A stretch of 64,000 bases of DNA, taken from positions 170-64,169 of the forward strand of contig CAYNOQ010000002.1 in assembly GCA_964398855.1 (NCBI GenBank). Reading direction: 5' to 3'. Source of the stretch: an uncultured Mariniphaga sp. (lineage in GTDB: Bacteria; Bacteroidota; Bacteroidia; Bacteroidales; Prolixibacteraceae). The translations under genes and the position numbers were made by a program. The notes beneath the pieces were generated by a model. It was not told the DNA's origin. It ran no database searches and was given only the letters and a program-made list of their open reading frames with translations. The stretch's first letter is position 1, and every line of letters starts with the position of its first letter. Positions 10,316-19,270 of the stretch are shown here, in pieces.

Positions 10316-10390
10316 GTAGTTAATGCCTGATACCAATAGTTTTGTTCCTGTTCCTGAACCACGTCAGACACAACGGGCACATGCAATTTC

Positions 10391-10464
10391 GCCACAAAGC
10401 CACCAAGTCACGAAGTTTCACGAATTTTTTTCTCTGTGCCTCTCGGAGTCCTCTGTGGTGAATT
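10391..10464 (+). repeat. Dispersed short repeat element, copy 1 (cacaaag/cacgaag head plus ctctgtg tail)
   Basis: gccacaaagccaccaagtcacgaagtttcacgaa..ttctctgtgcctctcggagtcctctgtggtgaatt. It is colinear with the reverse complement of 22149-22235, and the last 14 nt (ctctgtggtgaatt) match exactly. Confidence 0.8.
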
Positions 10465-10583
10465 ATCTTTTAATTTTCCGCCACAAAAGCACTAAGTCTT
10501 ACAAAGAATTCTTATCTCACTACTCAATTCTTAACTCTCCGTTTCTCGCTGATTTCCACAGAACCCTTCAACTGGCTACCGGG

Positions 10584-10605
10584 CACTGAGCTTGTCGAAG
10601 TGATC
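10584..10605 (+). repeat. 22-nt module, exact inverted copy of 22253-22274
   Basis: cactgagcttgtcgaagtgatc equals the reverse complement of gatcacttcgacaagctcagtg (22/22, checked base by base). Confidence 0.9.
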
Positions 10606-10630
10606 TCCCGCAGATTTTCGCAGAATCTTT

Positions 10631-10685
10631 AGCTGTTAGCCTTTAACTGTTAGCCAACAACCAACAGCCAACAACCAACAGCCAA
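10631..10685 (+). repeat. Short tandem repeat tract (gttagcc / ccaaca(a/g)cc units)
   Basis: agctgttagcctttaactgttagccaacaaccaacagccaacaaccaacagccaat, with the 12-mer ccaacaaccaacag repeated head to tail. Confidence 0.8.
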
Positions 10686-10730
10686 TCTCTTTTCTCTGTG
10701 CCTCTCCGAGTTTTCTGTGATGAAATTTTT
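10686..10730 (+). repeat. Dispersed repeat element, partial copy 2 (tail module only)
   Basis: ctcttttctctgtgcctctccgagttttctgtgatgaaattttt closely resembles the tail of copy 1 (10431-10464). Confidence 0.7.
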
Positions 10731-11140
10731 GAACCACAACAAGCGCAGTTGGATACATAATATTCTAAACTTTCTCACAAAACCAAGAAAGTCTGCCTGC
10801 CGGGCAAGTAGATACGTAAAACTATTTATCAGCCAGAGATGGTATATTTATTGAAAATAACCCGTTTTTTCACTCATTCGCTAAACAATCGTTATTTAAT
10901 GTCAAAAAAGCATAAGTTTAATTTTTTTCGTTTTTTTAGATTTGCATTTGCGCCTTTAACAGGATAGGACAGGAGTGTGAATTGATTTTTAGCTGTTCTA
11001 AAGTGTTTATATACAGTTGTATTTGAGAGGAAGGTACTGTTTTTGCCGGATTGCACAGCATTTTGCGAAAATAACCGGAAATAGCCTGCTTCCAAATAAT
11101 TTATTTCTATTGAATTGTTGAATTTTATTTTAAAAATACG

Positions 11141-11953
11141 ATGTCAGAAAATTTGCTTCAAAAACTGAAAAACGGAAAAAACGTGTACGGAACCTGTATT
11201 GCGTCAACCTCCCCGGTGTGGTCAAAGGCAGTGGCAGGACTGGGACTTGATTTTGTGTTTATTGATACGGAACATATTCCCATTGACCGAAATGAGCTCA
11301 CGTTTATGTGTCAGGTTTATAGTGCGTTAGGATTGAATCCGATTGTCCGGATTCCCAGTCCTGATCCTTATCTTGCCTGCATGGTCAGGGATTCTGGCGC
11401 TGTGGGAGTACTGGCGCCTTATGTTGAAACCGTAGGACAAATCCGGGAGATGGTTGGTGCCACCAAATATCGCCCGCTGAAAGGCGAACGGCTCCGGCAG
11501 ATTCTTTCCGGTGAAAAACCGCCCGAACCGGAGTTTCAGGCTTATCTCGATAATTTTAATGCGGGAAGTATGTGTCTGGTGAACATTGAGAGCGTTGCAG
11601 CCATCGAAAATCTCGATTTACTGCTTGCCGTTCCCGGTCTGGATGCCGTGATTATCGGTCCGCATGATTTGTCGGTCAGCCTTGGGCTACCGGAGCAGTA
11701 TGAGCATCCGGAATACCAAAAAACGGTTGCAGAAATTATTAGAAAATCAAGGGCAAAAGGCATTCATGCAGGCATTCATTTTCCGTCTGAACCCGCCCGG
11801 CAGATTATGTATATGAAAGAGGGGGCAAACATCGTGCTTCACAGTACGGATGTGGTGTTGTTCAGTCAGAAACTCCGAGAAGATATGGCACAGATTAAAG
11901 AAGCAGCAGGAGATATTTCTGTTAGCCAGAAGGGAGAAGATCTGGTTATTTAA
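11141..11953 (+). CDS. HpcH/HpaI-family 2-keto-3-deoxy-acid aldolase (cytoplasmic)
   Basis: Motifs LDFVFIDTEHIPID, VRIPSPDP, YRPLKGERL, VNIESVAAIENLDLLL and IGPHDLSVSLG. No signal peptide. Confidence 0.8.
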   Translation: MSENLLQKLKNGKNVYGTCIASTSPVWSKAVAGLGLDFVFIDTEHIPIDRNELTFMCQVYSALGLNPIVRIPSPDPYLACMVRDSGAVGVLAPYVETVGQIREMVGATKYRPLKGERLRQILSGEKPPEPEFQAYLDNFNAGSMCLVNIESVAAIENLDLLLAVPGLDAVIIGPHDLSVSLGLPEQYEHPEYQKTVAEIIRKSRAKGIHAGIHFPSEPARQIMYMKEGANIVLHSTDVVLFSQKLREDMAQIKEAAGDISVSQKGEDLVI

Positions 11954-11980
11954 TTTTGAATTTTGAAAATTATTTACTCA

Positions 11981-14437
11981 ATGAAAAAAAAGAAAATGAA
12001 GAACAGATTACAGATAAATATTTTGATTTTTGCTTTTACTTTGTTGTTTATCAGCGCAGGAGCACAGAAAACCGACTTTTCGGACTATAAAATTGTTTGC
12101 GTCGAAAAAAAAGATCCGCATGTTTTGAAAGCGGTAACTATTTTAAAGGAAGAGATTGCCAAGAGAAGTGGAATTGAGCTTCCGGTTGTAAAAAAATGGC
12201 AAAAAAAATCTGCCGAAAATCTCATTGTTGTAGGGATTGAAAATGATCTTGGTTATTTGCCCGCCGAAAAAATGGAAGCGCTTTCGGGGCTCCCCGCAAC
12301 CCGTGCGGAGGGATATAAACTGCTGGAACTGGCAGATGAAAAGCTGATGATCATTGCCGGGCATGATACCCGTGGTGTGATGTACGGGGTGGGTAAATTT
12401 TTGCGTTCATTGGAGATGGAACCGGGACGGATTGAAGGAACAGAGTTACTTTCGCTCTCGTCCTCCCCAAAATTTCCATTGCGGGGGCACCAGATGGGTT
12501 ATCGACCAAAAACGAACGCCTATGATGCCTGGGGAGTTGAAGAATACGACAGCTACATTCGCGACCTGGTCATTTTTGGTGCCAACAGCATTGAAATTAT
12601 GCCGCCCCGCACCGATGATGATTTCAGCAGTATTCACATGAAAATTCCTGCCATCGAAATGATGGTTCATCAGTCACGTATTTGTATTGATTACGGATTG
12701 GACGTCTGGATGTGGTATCCCAATTTGGGAACGGATTACACTTCACCCGATTCTATTCGCAAGGAACTGGCTGAACGTGAGGAGGTTTTTAGTCTGCTGC
12801 CAAAACTTGATGCGCTGTTTGTTCCTGCCGGTGATCCGGGGAAACTTGAACCCGACGAACTTTTCAACTGGCTTGAATTAGAGGCAGAATTACTGAAAAA
12901 ATATCATCCCGATGCGAAAATATGGGTTTCTCCGCAGGTGTTCAAACCTTCGGAAGCGTGGTTTGAAGATTTCTTTCAGCGGGTGAATAACAAGCCGGCG
13001 TGGTTTGGCGGAATTGTTTACGGTCCGTGGATTAAGCTGACCCTGCAGGAGGTGAAAAGCCGCCTCAGTCCCGATATTCCGGTTCGGCTCTATCCCGATA
13101 TTACTCACCTGCTGAGTTGTCAGTATCCTGTTCCTGAGTGGGATCTGGCATTTGCCATGACTTTGGGGCGTGAGTGCATCAATCCCCGTCCGGTGGATGA
13201 GAAATATATACATAATCTGTATGCCGACTTTGCTCAGGGCAGCATCAGCTATTCCGAAGGAACCAACGACGATGTCAACAAATTTATCTGGAGCGATCAG
13301 GATTGGGACCCCACAAAGCCTGTGATGGAGACACTTCGCGAATATTCGCGCTTTTTCATCGGTCCTGAATATGCAGAGACAGCTGCACAGGGATTTATGG
13401 CGATTGAGCGCAACTTTCATGGACCCTTGCTGGCAAATGATCAGGTGCAGAGAACCTTGCAACAATGGCAGGACATGGAAGCAACCGCACCGGATTGGGT
13501 TTTGAGCAGTCCGAGGTTTCAGGGAGGATTGATCAGGGCTTATTTTGATGCCTACACCCAGCGACGTCTGATTTATGAAACTCATCTGGAGCGCCAGGCA
13601 AGAAATATTTTGGAACAGGCACCCGAAACTGGATCGCTGAAAGCGCTGACGGATGCAAAAAATGTTCTGCTTCAGGCGAATGAAAATCCCGTTTCTTCTG
13701 AATTGAGAGCGAGATGCCATGCACTGGCTGACTCACTTTTCCGCACTTTTAAGGCGCAGCTCACTATAGAAAAGCATCATGCAACGCCCGGTCGCGGAAA
13801 CTTTATTGACAATATCGACATTCCGCTGAACGATGCGCTTTGGATGCTGGATCAGTTTTCAAAGATTGAAAAACTGGCGGGAGAGCAGGAGCGTTTAGAG
13901 GCTGTTCACAAAATGCTGAATCGCACCAATCCCGGTCCCGGCGGTTTTTATGATAACTTCGGAATGCCTTCGTCATGGAACCGGATTCGTTCTGCCAAAA
14001 CATGGAAGGAAGACCCGAGTAGTCTGGAATCGCCACGTGTCAGCTTTGGCGTGGGATTACAGGGAGAGGACTGGGTGCATGAAGTGGTGGCAAAAGGTTT
14101 TGAAGGACTTACAACGCCACTGGCATGGATGGTTCAGATCAATACCCTGTATGACACTCCGCTGGTTGCCGAATATGATAATCTTGACCCCGATGCGGAA
14201 TATATACTCAGAATTGCATATACAGGGCGTTTTCGTGCCAGCATTATGTTAGAAGCTGATGGCGTGTTGATACACAATTATATACGTATGGGAACCAGTC
14301 CGATTCACGAATTTGAGTTGCCGGCAGAAATCACCCGGGATGGAAAAGTTACCTTCACCTGGTCGGCTGGAACCGACGATTCAAGCGGTGGCGAACGCGG
14401 TTCGCAAGTTGCCGAAATATGGCTTATCCGAAAATAG
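11981..14437 (+). CDS. Exported ~800-aa glycoside-hydrolase-like protein, copy A (GH67N/GH20b-like N-domain plus TIM-barrel-like core; family unresolved)
   Basis: Start at ATG 11981 (the ORF track start 11963 is TTG). Signal peptide MKKKKMKNRLQINILIFAFTLLFISAGAQ. N-domain motif LMIIAGHDTRGVMYGVGKFLR, then SSPKFPLRGHQMGYRPKTNAYDAWG, LFGANSIE, LDALFVPAGDPG and RLYPDITH. Clear paralogue of 22566..24905. Confidence 0.6.
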   Translation: MKKKKMKNRLQINILIFAFTLLFISAGAQKTDFSDYKIVCVEKKDPHVLKAVTILKEEIAKRSGIELPVVKKWQKKSAENLIVVGIENDLGYLPAEKMEALSGLPATRAEGYKLLELADEKLMIIAGHDTRGVMYGVGKFLRSLEMEPGRIEGTELLSLSSSPKFPLRGHQMGYRPKTNAYDAWGVEEYDSYIRDLVIFGANSIEIMPPRTDDDFSSIHMKIPAIEMMVHQSRICIDYGLDVWMWYPNLGTDYTSPDSIRKELAEREEVFSLLPKLDALFVPAGDPGKLEPDELFNWLELEAELLKKYHPDAKIWVSPQVFKPSEAWFEDFFQRVNNKPAWFGGIVYGPWIKLTLQEVKSRLSPDIPVRLYPDITHLLSCQYPVPEWDLAFAMTLGRECINPRPVDEKYIHNLYADFAQGSISYSEGTNDDVNKFIWSDQDWDPTKPVMETLREYSRFFIGPEYAETAAQGFMAIERNFHGPLLANDQVQRTLQQWQDMEATAPDWVLSSPRFQGGLIRAYFDAYTQRRLIYETHLERQARNILEQAPETGSLKALTDAKNVLLQANENPVSSELRARCHALADSLFRTFKAQLTIEKHHATPGRGNFIDNIDIPLNDALWMLDQFSKIEKLAGEQERLEAVHKMLNRTNPGPGGFYDNFGMPSSWNRIRSAKTWKEDPSSLESPRVSFGVGLQGEDWVHEVVAKGFEGLTTPLAWMVQINTLYDTPLVAEYDNLDPDAEYILRIAYTGRFRASIMLEADGVLIHNYIRMGTSPIHEFELPAEITRDGKVTFTWSAGTDDSSGGERGSQVAEIWLIRK

Positions 14438-14453
14438 TATCAGGAGAAAAACT

Positions 14454-15821
14454 ATGAAAACAGATTTGAAAATTGCAGGCGGGAAAAGGATGTTTTCAAC
14501 TCTTTTTGCACTCTTTTTAGCTGGTGTAACTTCAGCGCAGGTAGCTGTGAAGCCCGAACCCCGTGAAGGGTTTGAGGAGCGAATCCGCAGTGCGCTAAGC
14601 GCCATGCCGGTGGTGGACACGCATGAGCATCTGGCGAGTATCAATTCGCTGTCGAAGAGCAAAACGCTTGATTTCATGTGGCTGTTTCATCAGTATGCCG
14701 ATGACGATATCAAGGCGGCAGGCATGTCAAAACCACAGTTCACACGGCTGATGTCCGACTCCATTACTGTTTCTGAAAAATGGGAAATTTTGCAGCCTTT
14801 TTATGAAGCTTCGTTCAATACTGCCTACAACAGGGTGACACTGCTTTCAGTTGACCATCTGTTTGGCGTGAAGGAGTTTAACGAAAAAACGGTGCATCAG
14901 CTCACCGACAAGCTCAGGGAGGTGTATCAAACCAACTGGTACCACACGGTTCTCAGGGACAAATGCAATATTCAGTTTGTAATCAATGATTCCAAACCAA
15001 TTCCCGGAAATCCCGAGTTTTTTAGATATACCACCCGTTTCGACTATTTTCAGTTGGATTCACGGACAAAAATTGAGCAGTTGGCGAAAGAGCACGAAAC
15101 AACCATTGCCACGCTCGATGACCTGAATGCTACGTTGCGTAAGCATTTTGAGAGTGAAGTGAAGTCAGGGCTGACTACCATCAAAAACTCGTCAGCATAT
15201 TATCGTTCGCTCTATTTTGAAGATGTGAGTCACGAAAAGGCAGAGGAAGTTTTCAAAAAAGTGATGGCAACCGGGGATACGCCGATAGATGAGTATGCTG
15301 CAAAGCCACTTGCCGATTATATGATGCACCGGATTTTGGATCTGGCGCGCGAATTTCAAAAACCGGTGCAGATTCATACCGGATTGCAGGCAGGCGACGG
15401 CAACTACATTATGAATGCAAATCCTGCACTTTTAGCCAATCTGTTTCTGAAATACCGTCATGTGAAGTTTGTGCTGTTTCATGGCGGCTATCCCTACGGC
15501 GGCGAGTTTGGAAGCTTAGCAAAGAATTTCCGAAATGTTTATATAGACCTTTGCTGGCTCTATATTATCTCGCCGTCCTACAGCGAGCGGTATCTGCACG
15601 AGTGGCTGGAAACTGTTCCCGCAAATAAGATTCTCGCTTTTGGCGGTGATTATGAAAACGTTGAAAATGTTTACGGACACCTGCTTTTTGCAAAGGAAAT
15701 CATTGGAAATGTGCTTGTTGAAAAGGTAAAAACCAGATATTTCACTGAGGAGGAAGCGCTGAAAGTAGCCCGCATGATTCTCCATGATAATGCGGTGAAA
15801 TTGTTTGATTTAAAACATTGA
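14454..15821 (+). CDS. Signal-peptide-bearing metal-dependent amidohydrolase-fold (TIM barrel, amidohydrolase_2-like) protein
   Basis: Start ATG 14454; the upstream part of ORF 14313.. overlaps the previous gene. Signal MFSTLFALFLAGVTSAQV. Motifs PVVDTHEHL, VQIHTGL, FVLFHGGYPY and AFGGDYE. Confidence 0.65.
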   Translation: MKTDLKIAGGKRMFSTLFALFLAGVTSAQVAVKPEPREGFEERIRSALSAMPVVDTHEHLASINSLSKSKTLDFMWLFHQYADDDIKAAGMSKPQFTRLMSDSITVSEKWEILQPFYEASFNTAYNRVTLLSVDHLFGVKEFNEKTVHQLTDKLREVYQTNWYHTVLRDKCNIQFVINDSKPIPGNPEFFRYTTRFDYFQLDSRTKIEQLAKEHETTIATLDDLNATLRKHFESEVKSGLTTIKNSSAYYRSLYFEDVSHEKAEEVFKKVMATGDTPIDEYAAKPLADYMMHRILDLAREFQKPVQIHTGLQAGDGNYIMNANPALLANLFLKYRHVKFVLFHGGYPYGGEFGSLAKNFRNVYIDLCWLYIISPSYSERYLHEWLETVPANKILAFGGDYENVENVYGHLLFAKEIIGNVLVEKVKTRYFTEEEALKVARMILHDNAVKLFDLKH

Positions 15822-15886
15822 CAGGTAACTTTTTATTTTAATACTGAAAGATAAATTGCCAATAAAAAAGCAATACAGAAGAAAAT

Positions 15887-15924
15887 CTTAGTGAAAATTT
15901 CGTGCCTGCTTGTCGGTAGATAGG
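15887..15924 (+). repeat. Fragment of the same junk-repeat family
   Basis: cttagtgaaaatttcgtgcctgcttgtcggtagatagg. Compare ttagtgaaacttagagccttcgtg at 22199-22221 and tgcctgccgggcaagtagatacg at 10795-10817. Confidence 0.55.
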
Positions 15925-16058
15925 CTTTTGAGGTATAAAATATTAATTATGAATCAATTTTGAGAATTAATAGGTTGATAGTCAGCGAGTTTTATGTTTT
16001 AATATTCGCGTTCCGTTTAAACATCAGATTACAAAAACAATTTAAGAATCATAAAAAT

Positions 16059-19031
16059 ATGAAGCAACTCATTTTTAAAATATTTACAGCAATATTGTTT
16101 TTTACTTCATCTCATTTTTATTCCTTAACTGCGCAAACAACATCGGAGCACCGGGATGGGAAAATCCTTGAAGGAGAAGAGTGGCTGCCGTTTGGCTACC
16201 CTTCCAAAGCTGATTTTTATATTTCTCCGCAGGGAAACGACAGCTGGTCGGGTACATTGGAAGCGCCTAACGCAGATAGTAGCGACGGACCGTTTCTCAC
16301 CATCGAAAGAGCGCAACGGGCAGTTCGTGAGCTGAAAGCTCAGGTTTATAAACCGAAAGATCCGCCGGTGGAAAAACGCTGGATTGGGTCGCCGCACCCT
16401 TTGGGAAGAGGAAAAGATATTCTGGTCTATTTACGTGGCGGAACCTATCCGTTGGCACAACCGCTTCTGTTTCAGTCGGCTGATGGCGGCGAACGGGTAG
16501 AAACCAACCTGCCTACCGGTGCTTTTGAATACCATAAACTAAAAGATCACTATGTTACATACGCTGCATATCCCGGGGAAAAACCGGTTATTACCGGTGC
16601 ACAGCCGGTAACCGGGTGGACAAAAAAAGGGAACATCTGGACTGCACCGTTTAGTGCTGATTCTGTAGGAATGTTTGTGGTGGACGGAAAGCGGCAAACC
16701 CTTGCACGCATGCCAAATGAAGGTTATTTTGTACCGCCGGTAATCTCTTCATCAACGGGAGAGCTCCACTTCAACAAAGGAGAGCTGAAAAACTGGAAAG
16801 ACATGGAGAATAACCGTGTGGTAATGCTTTTACGCTGGCACACGGGTATCAATTCTTTTGTGAAAATTGACGAAAAGAGTGGTGTGGCTACGTTCCAAAA
16901 GCCACAGGATGGGGTGGTGATTGTTCCGCCACGTTATTATGTGGAAAATGTGAAAGAATTTCTGGACGCTCAGGGCGAGTGGTTTTTCGATGAAAAGCTG
17001 AAGGAGATAAGTTATATTTCCGAAACCGGAATTGAAGATATGAACCGGATTTCATCCGGTGTACCCCGATTAGATAATTTAGTTACTGTGCAGGGAGAAC
17101 TTGAAAAGCCGGTGCGCAATCTGCGCTTCTACGGATTGACTTTTGAAGGCACCGTTGCCGGAAACAGTGCACTCAAATATGAGTTTGCACATGCCTGCGA
17201 ACTGGTTGACGGCGAAATCCGCTCCTGTATGGGAACCGGACTTTCGCTCCTGAACGGCTGCTACCAGACCCGGATTCTACGAAACCGCCTTGAAACTATT
17301 GACAATGGTGCAGTTGTTATCCGCGGTCCGCGCAACCCGAAAGACGGACGCGAAATTACACGGGAGACCCAGTTTTCCTACAACCGGCTCTACGATTGCG
17401 GCGGTACAAATATTCATGCTTCCTATACACTGATGACGACTATTTCGCACAACTACATTACCAAAACGCGCGGACGCTTTGCCATTGATGTGGGCGGCTG
17501 GTCAAACCTGGAAGAGGCAATTGACGGCGGATACCTTGTAGAGTATAATCATCTGGACGATGTGCAGCAGGATGCCGACGATACGGGGGCAATCAAAACT
17601 GCCGGAATGACCTTTAACTCACTGGTGCGCAGAAACCTTGTACACAACGTAAATGCCGGCTTTTTCAACGATAATGTCGCTTTTTGGTTCGACAATATGT
17701 CTATCGGCTGGACGGCGGAGGAGAACATATACTACAATTTAGAGCAGGGCGAATGGAAATTGTGCGCCGCAATGATTGAGGATAACACCTACCACAATAA
17801 TTTTACCATTGAAGCGCCTGAAAATGCACCAGAACTGATTATCGAAGGGGAGCCGCTTTTTGAAGAGAGCAACCTAAGGATTGAAGCGGCATCTAAAACT
17901 GCGTCGGGAGCCGTGTCTGCCGGAAGTGTGATCCGGGTTTCTGCCGATGTGAAAAACATTGGCTCCACGGGAATGGCTCCTGTGGAACTGTACGTTGACG
18001 GCAAGGTGCGGGAGAAACAGCTGTTCCCGGTAATCAGAAATAACAGCCGCAGCATTGAGTTTGAGGTGCGGATTTATGACGAAGGCGAACACCATCTGGC
18101 AATTGGTTCAGCTGATTATCAGTCTGTTCGCATCGAGGGTGAGAAACCGGCAGTTGTTTTTGAGGATTTTCAGCTCTCAAACGACCGGCTGATTCAGGGA
18201 GAAAAAGTAAAGGCAACTGCACTGGCGCGAAATCTCACAGCCGAGCCGCAGAAACTTGAAGCTGTCCTGTTTTTTGACGATGCAAAAGTACAAAGCCAGC
18301 CCATGGAACTGGAACCCAACAGTACTGAAAATATTTCTTTTGAACTGGAGCCGGCAGCTGGACTTCATCGGGTACACATCGGAAACAGTGCGGCAAAGAA
18401 GTTAAATGTTGCTAACGGCAAAATATTGGATATTAACTCATTGTCGATTTTGGAATACTGTTCTGCAAAAGCAAAACCTTATGAGATTGAAGCCGATGCA
18501 AAGGCTAACCGGTTTAAAATCAAAGCAGGCGGCTCCGATTTTTTTCATGCTGAAGATTCCTATGCTGCAGCATATGTGAAAGGAATAAAAGGCGATTTTG
18601 TGGCAACTGTTAAAATCAGTCAGTTTGGTGATCGTACGCACGAATGGTTTCGTTCGGGACTGTTTGTGCGGAACGATATTGCCAAAAGTTTTGATACGCA
18701 GCCTGGCAGTAAGGGATCGGTTCTGGTATTTGCCACTCCCGGGCGTGCGGGAATCGAATATGATGAATTTGCCAATGGCTGTATGCACAAGGCAAGCAGC
18801 GAAAATCTACCGGAAAATTCACAAACTCCCATCTATCTGAAAATAGTGCGTCACGGAAACAGCTTCAGCGGCTATATTAGTCTGGATGGCATCAACTGGA
18901 TTATCGAACGGCACACTACCGATATTCCGGGGATTAACGACTCCGTTGATATTGGTCTGGCAGCCGGAGCACCCGACACACAGCAGTATTGGGTTGAATT
19001 TTCCGACTGGAAAATTGAAGTAGCAGAATAG
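16059..19031 (+). CDS. Exported multidomain beta-helix protein with two CARDB-like Ig repeats and a C-terminal ConA/LamG-like jelly-roll domain
   Basis: Start ATG 16059, in frame with track ORF 15960... Signal peptide MKQLIFKIFTAILFFTSSHFYSLTAQ. FYISPQGNDSWSG..FLTIERAQRAVRELK..GGTYPL..ARMPNEGYF is paralogous to 7265..9103. CARDB-like segments are VSADVKNIGSTGMAPVELYVDGK and VKATALARNLTAEPQKLEAVLFFDDAK. The C-terminus reads GDFVATVKISQF..WFRSGLFVRND..YLKIVRHGNSFSGYISLDGINW. Confidence 0.6.
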   Translation: MKQLIFKIFTAILFFTSSHFYSLTAQTTSEHRDGKILEGEEWLPFGYPSKADFYISPQGNDSWSGTLEAPNADSSDGPFLTIERAQRAVRELKAQVYKPKDPPVEKRWIGSPHPLGRGKDILVYLRGGTYPLAQPLLFQSADGGERVETNLPTGAFEYHKLKDHYVTYAAYPGEKPVITGAQPVTGWTKKGNIWTAPFSADSVGMFVVDGKRQTLARMPNEGYFVPPVISSSTGELHFNKGELKNWKDMENNRVVMLLRWHTGINSFVKIDEKSGVATFQKPQDGVVIVPPRYYVENVKEFLDAQGEWFFDEKLKEISYISETGIEDMNRISSGVPRLDNLVTVQGELEKPVRNLRFYGLTFEGTVAGNSALKYEFAHACELVDGEIRSCMGTGLSLLNGCYQTRILRNRLETIDNGAVVIRGPRNPKDGREITRETQFSYNRLYDCGGTNIHASYTLMTTISHNYITKTRGRFAIDVGGWSNLEEAIDGGYLVEYNHLDDVQQDADDTGAIKTAGMTFNSLVRRNLVHNVNAGFFNDNVAFWFDNMSIGWTAEENIYYNLEQGEWKLCAAMIEDNTYHNNFTIEAPENAPELIIEGEPLFEESNLRIEAASKTASGAVSAGSVIRVSADVKNIGSTGMAPVELYVDGKVREKQLFPVIRNNSRSIEFEVRIYDEGEHHLAIGSADYQSVRIEGEKPAVVFEDFQLSNDRLIQGEKVKATALARNLTAEPQKLEAVLFFDDAKVQSQPMELEPNSTENISFELEPAAGLHRVHIGNSAAKKLNVANGKILDINSLSILEYCSAKAKPYEIEADAKANRFKIKAGGSDFFHAEDSYAAAYVKGIKGDFVATVKISQFGDRTHEWFRSGLFVRNDIAKSFDTQPGSKGSVLVFATPGRAGIEYDEFANGCMHKASSENLPENSQTPIYLKIVRHGNSFSGYISLDGINWIIERHTTDIPGINDSVDIGLAAGAPDTQQYWVEFSDWKIEVAE

Positions 19032-19270
19032 TACTGCCCTCTGGACAGGAGTTTAGTGTTGCTTCATTATCACAAGTTTGCGTTTGTGGTTAATTAAATT
19101 TTGCCCTTTGGGCAAGCTGAATATATTATTGTTGTTTTTTTCTTTTTTCTAAAGTGCTATCTTTGAAGAATGGATTCGGCGGGGAAGAAATAAAAACTGA
19201 AAATGATTAGCTTAAACTTGAAATGGCGCCCCGTTCAGGCTCCGGATAAAAAATATTCAACCAAAATAAA

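Noticed and set aside
10323-10589. An 88-aa ORF (..HQVTKFHEFFSLCLSESSVVN..) in the left repeat region.
   Set aside because: It is translated straight across the cacaaag/cacgaag/ctctgtg repeat modules. This is the classic spurious hypothetical protein generated by these repeats.
12890-13720. A 276-aa minus-strand ORF inside GH-like copy A. Similar cases are the 290-aa ORF at 24060..24932 inside copy B, 41501..42031 inside mgtC and 36645..37127 inside the E1 gene.
   Set aside because: All are antisense shadow ORFs within genes that have strong motif support. None has a motif of its own.
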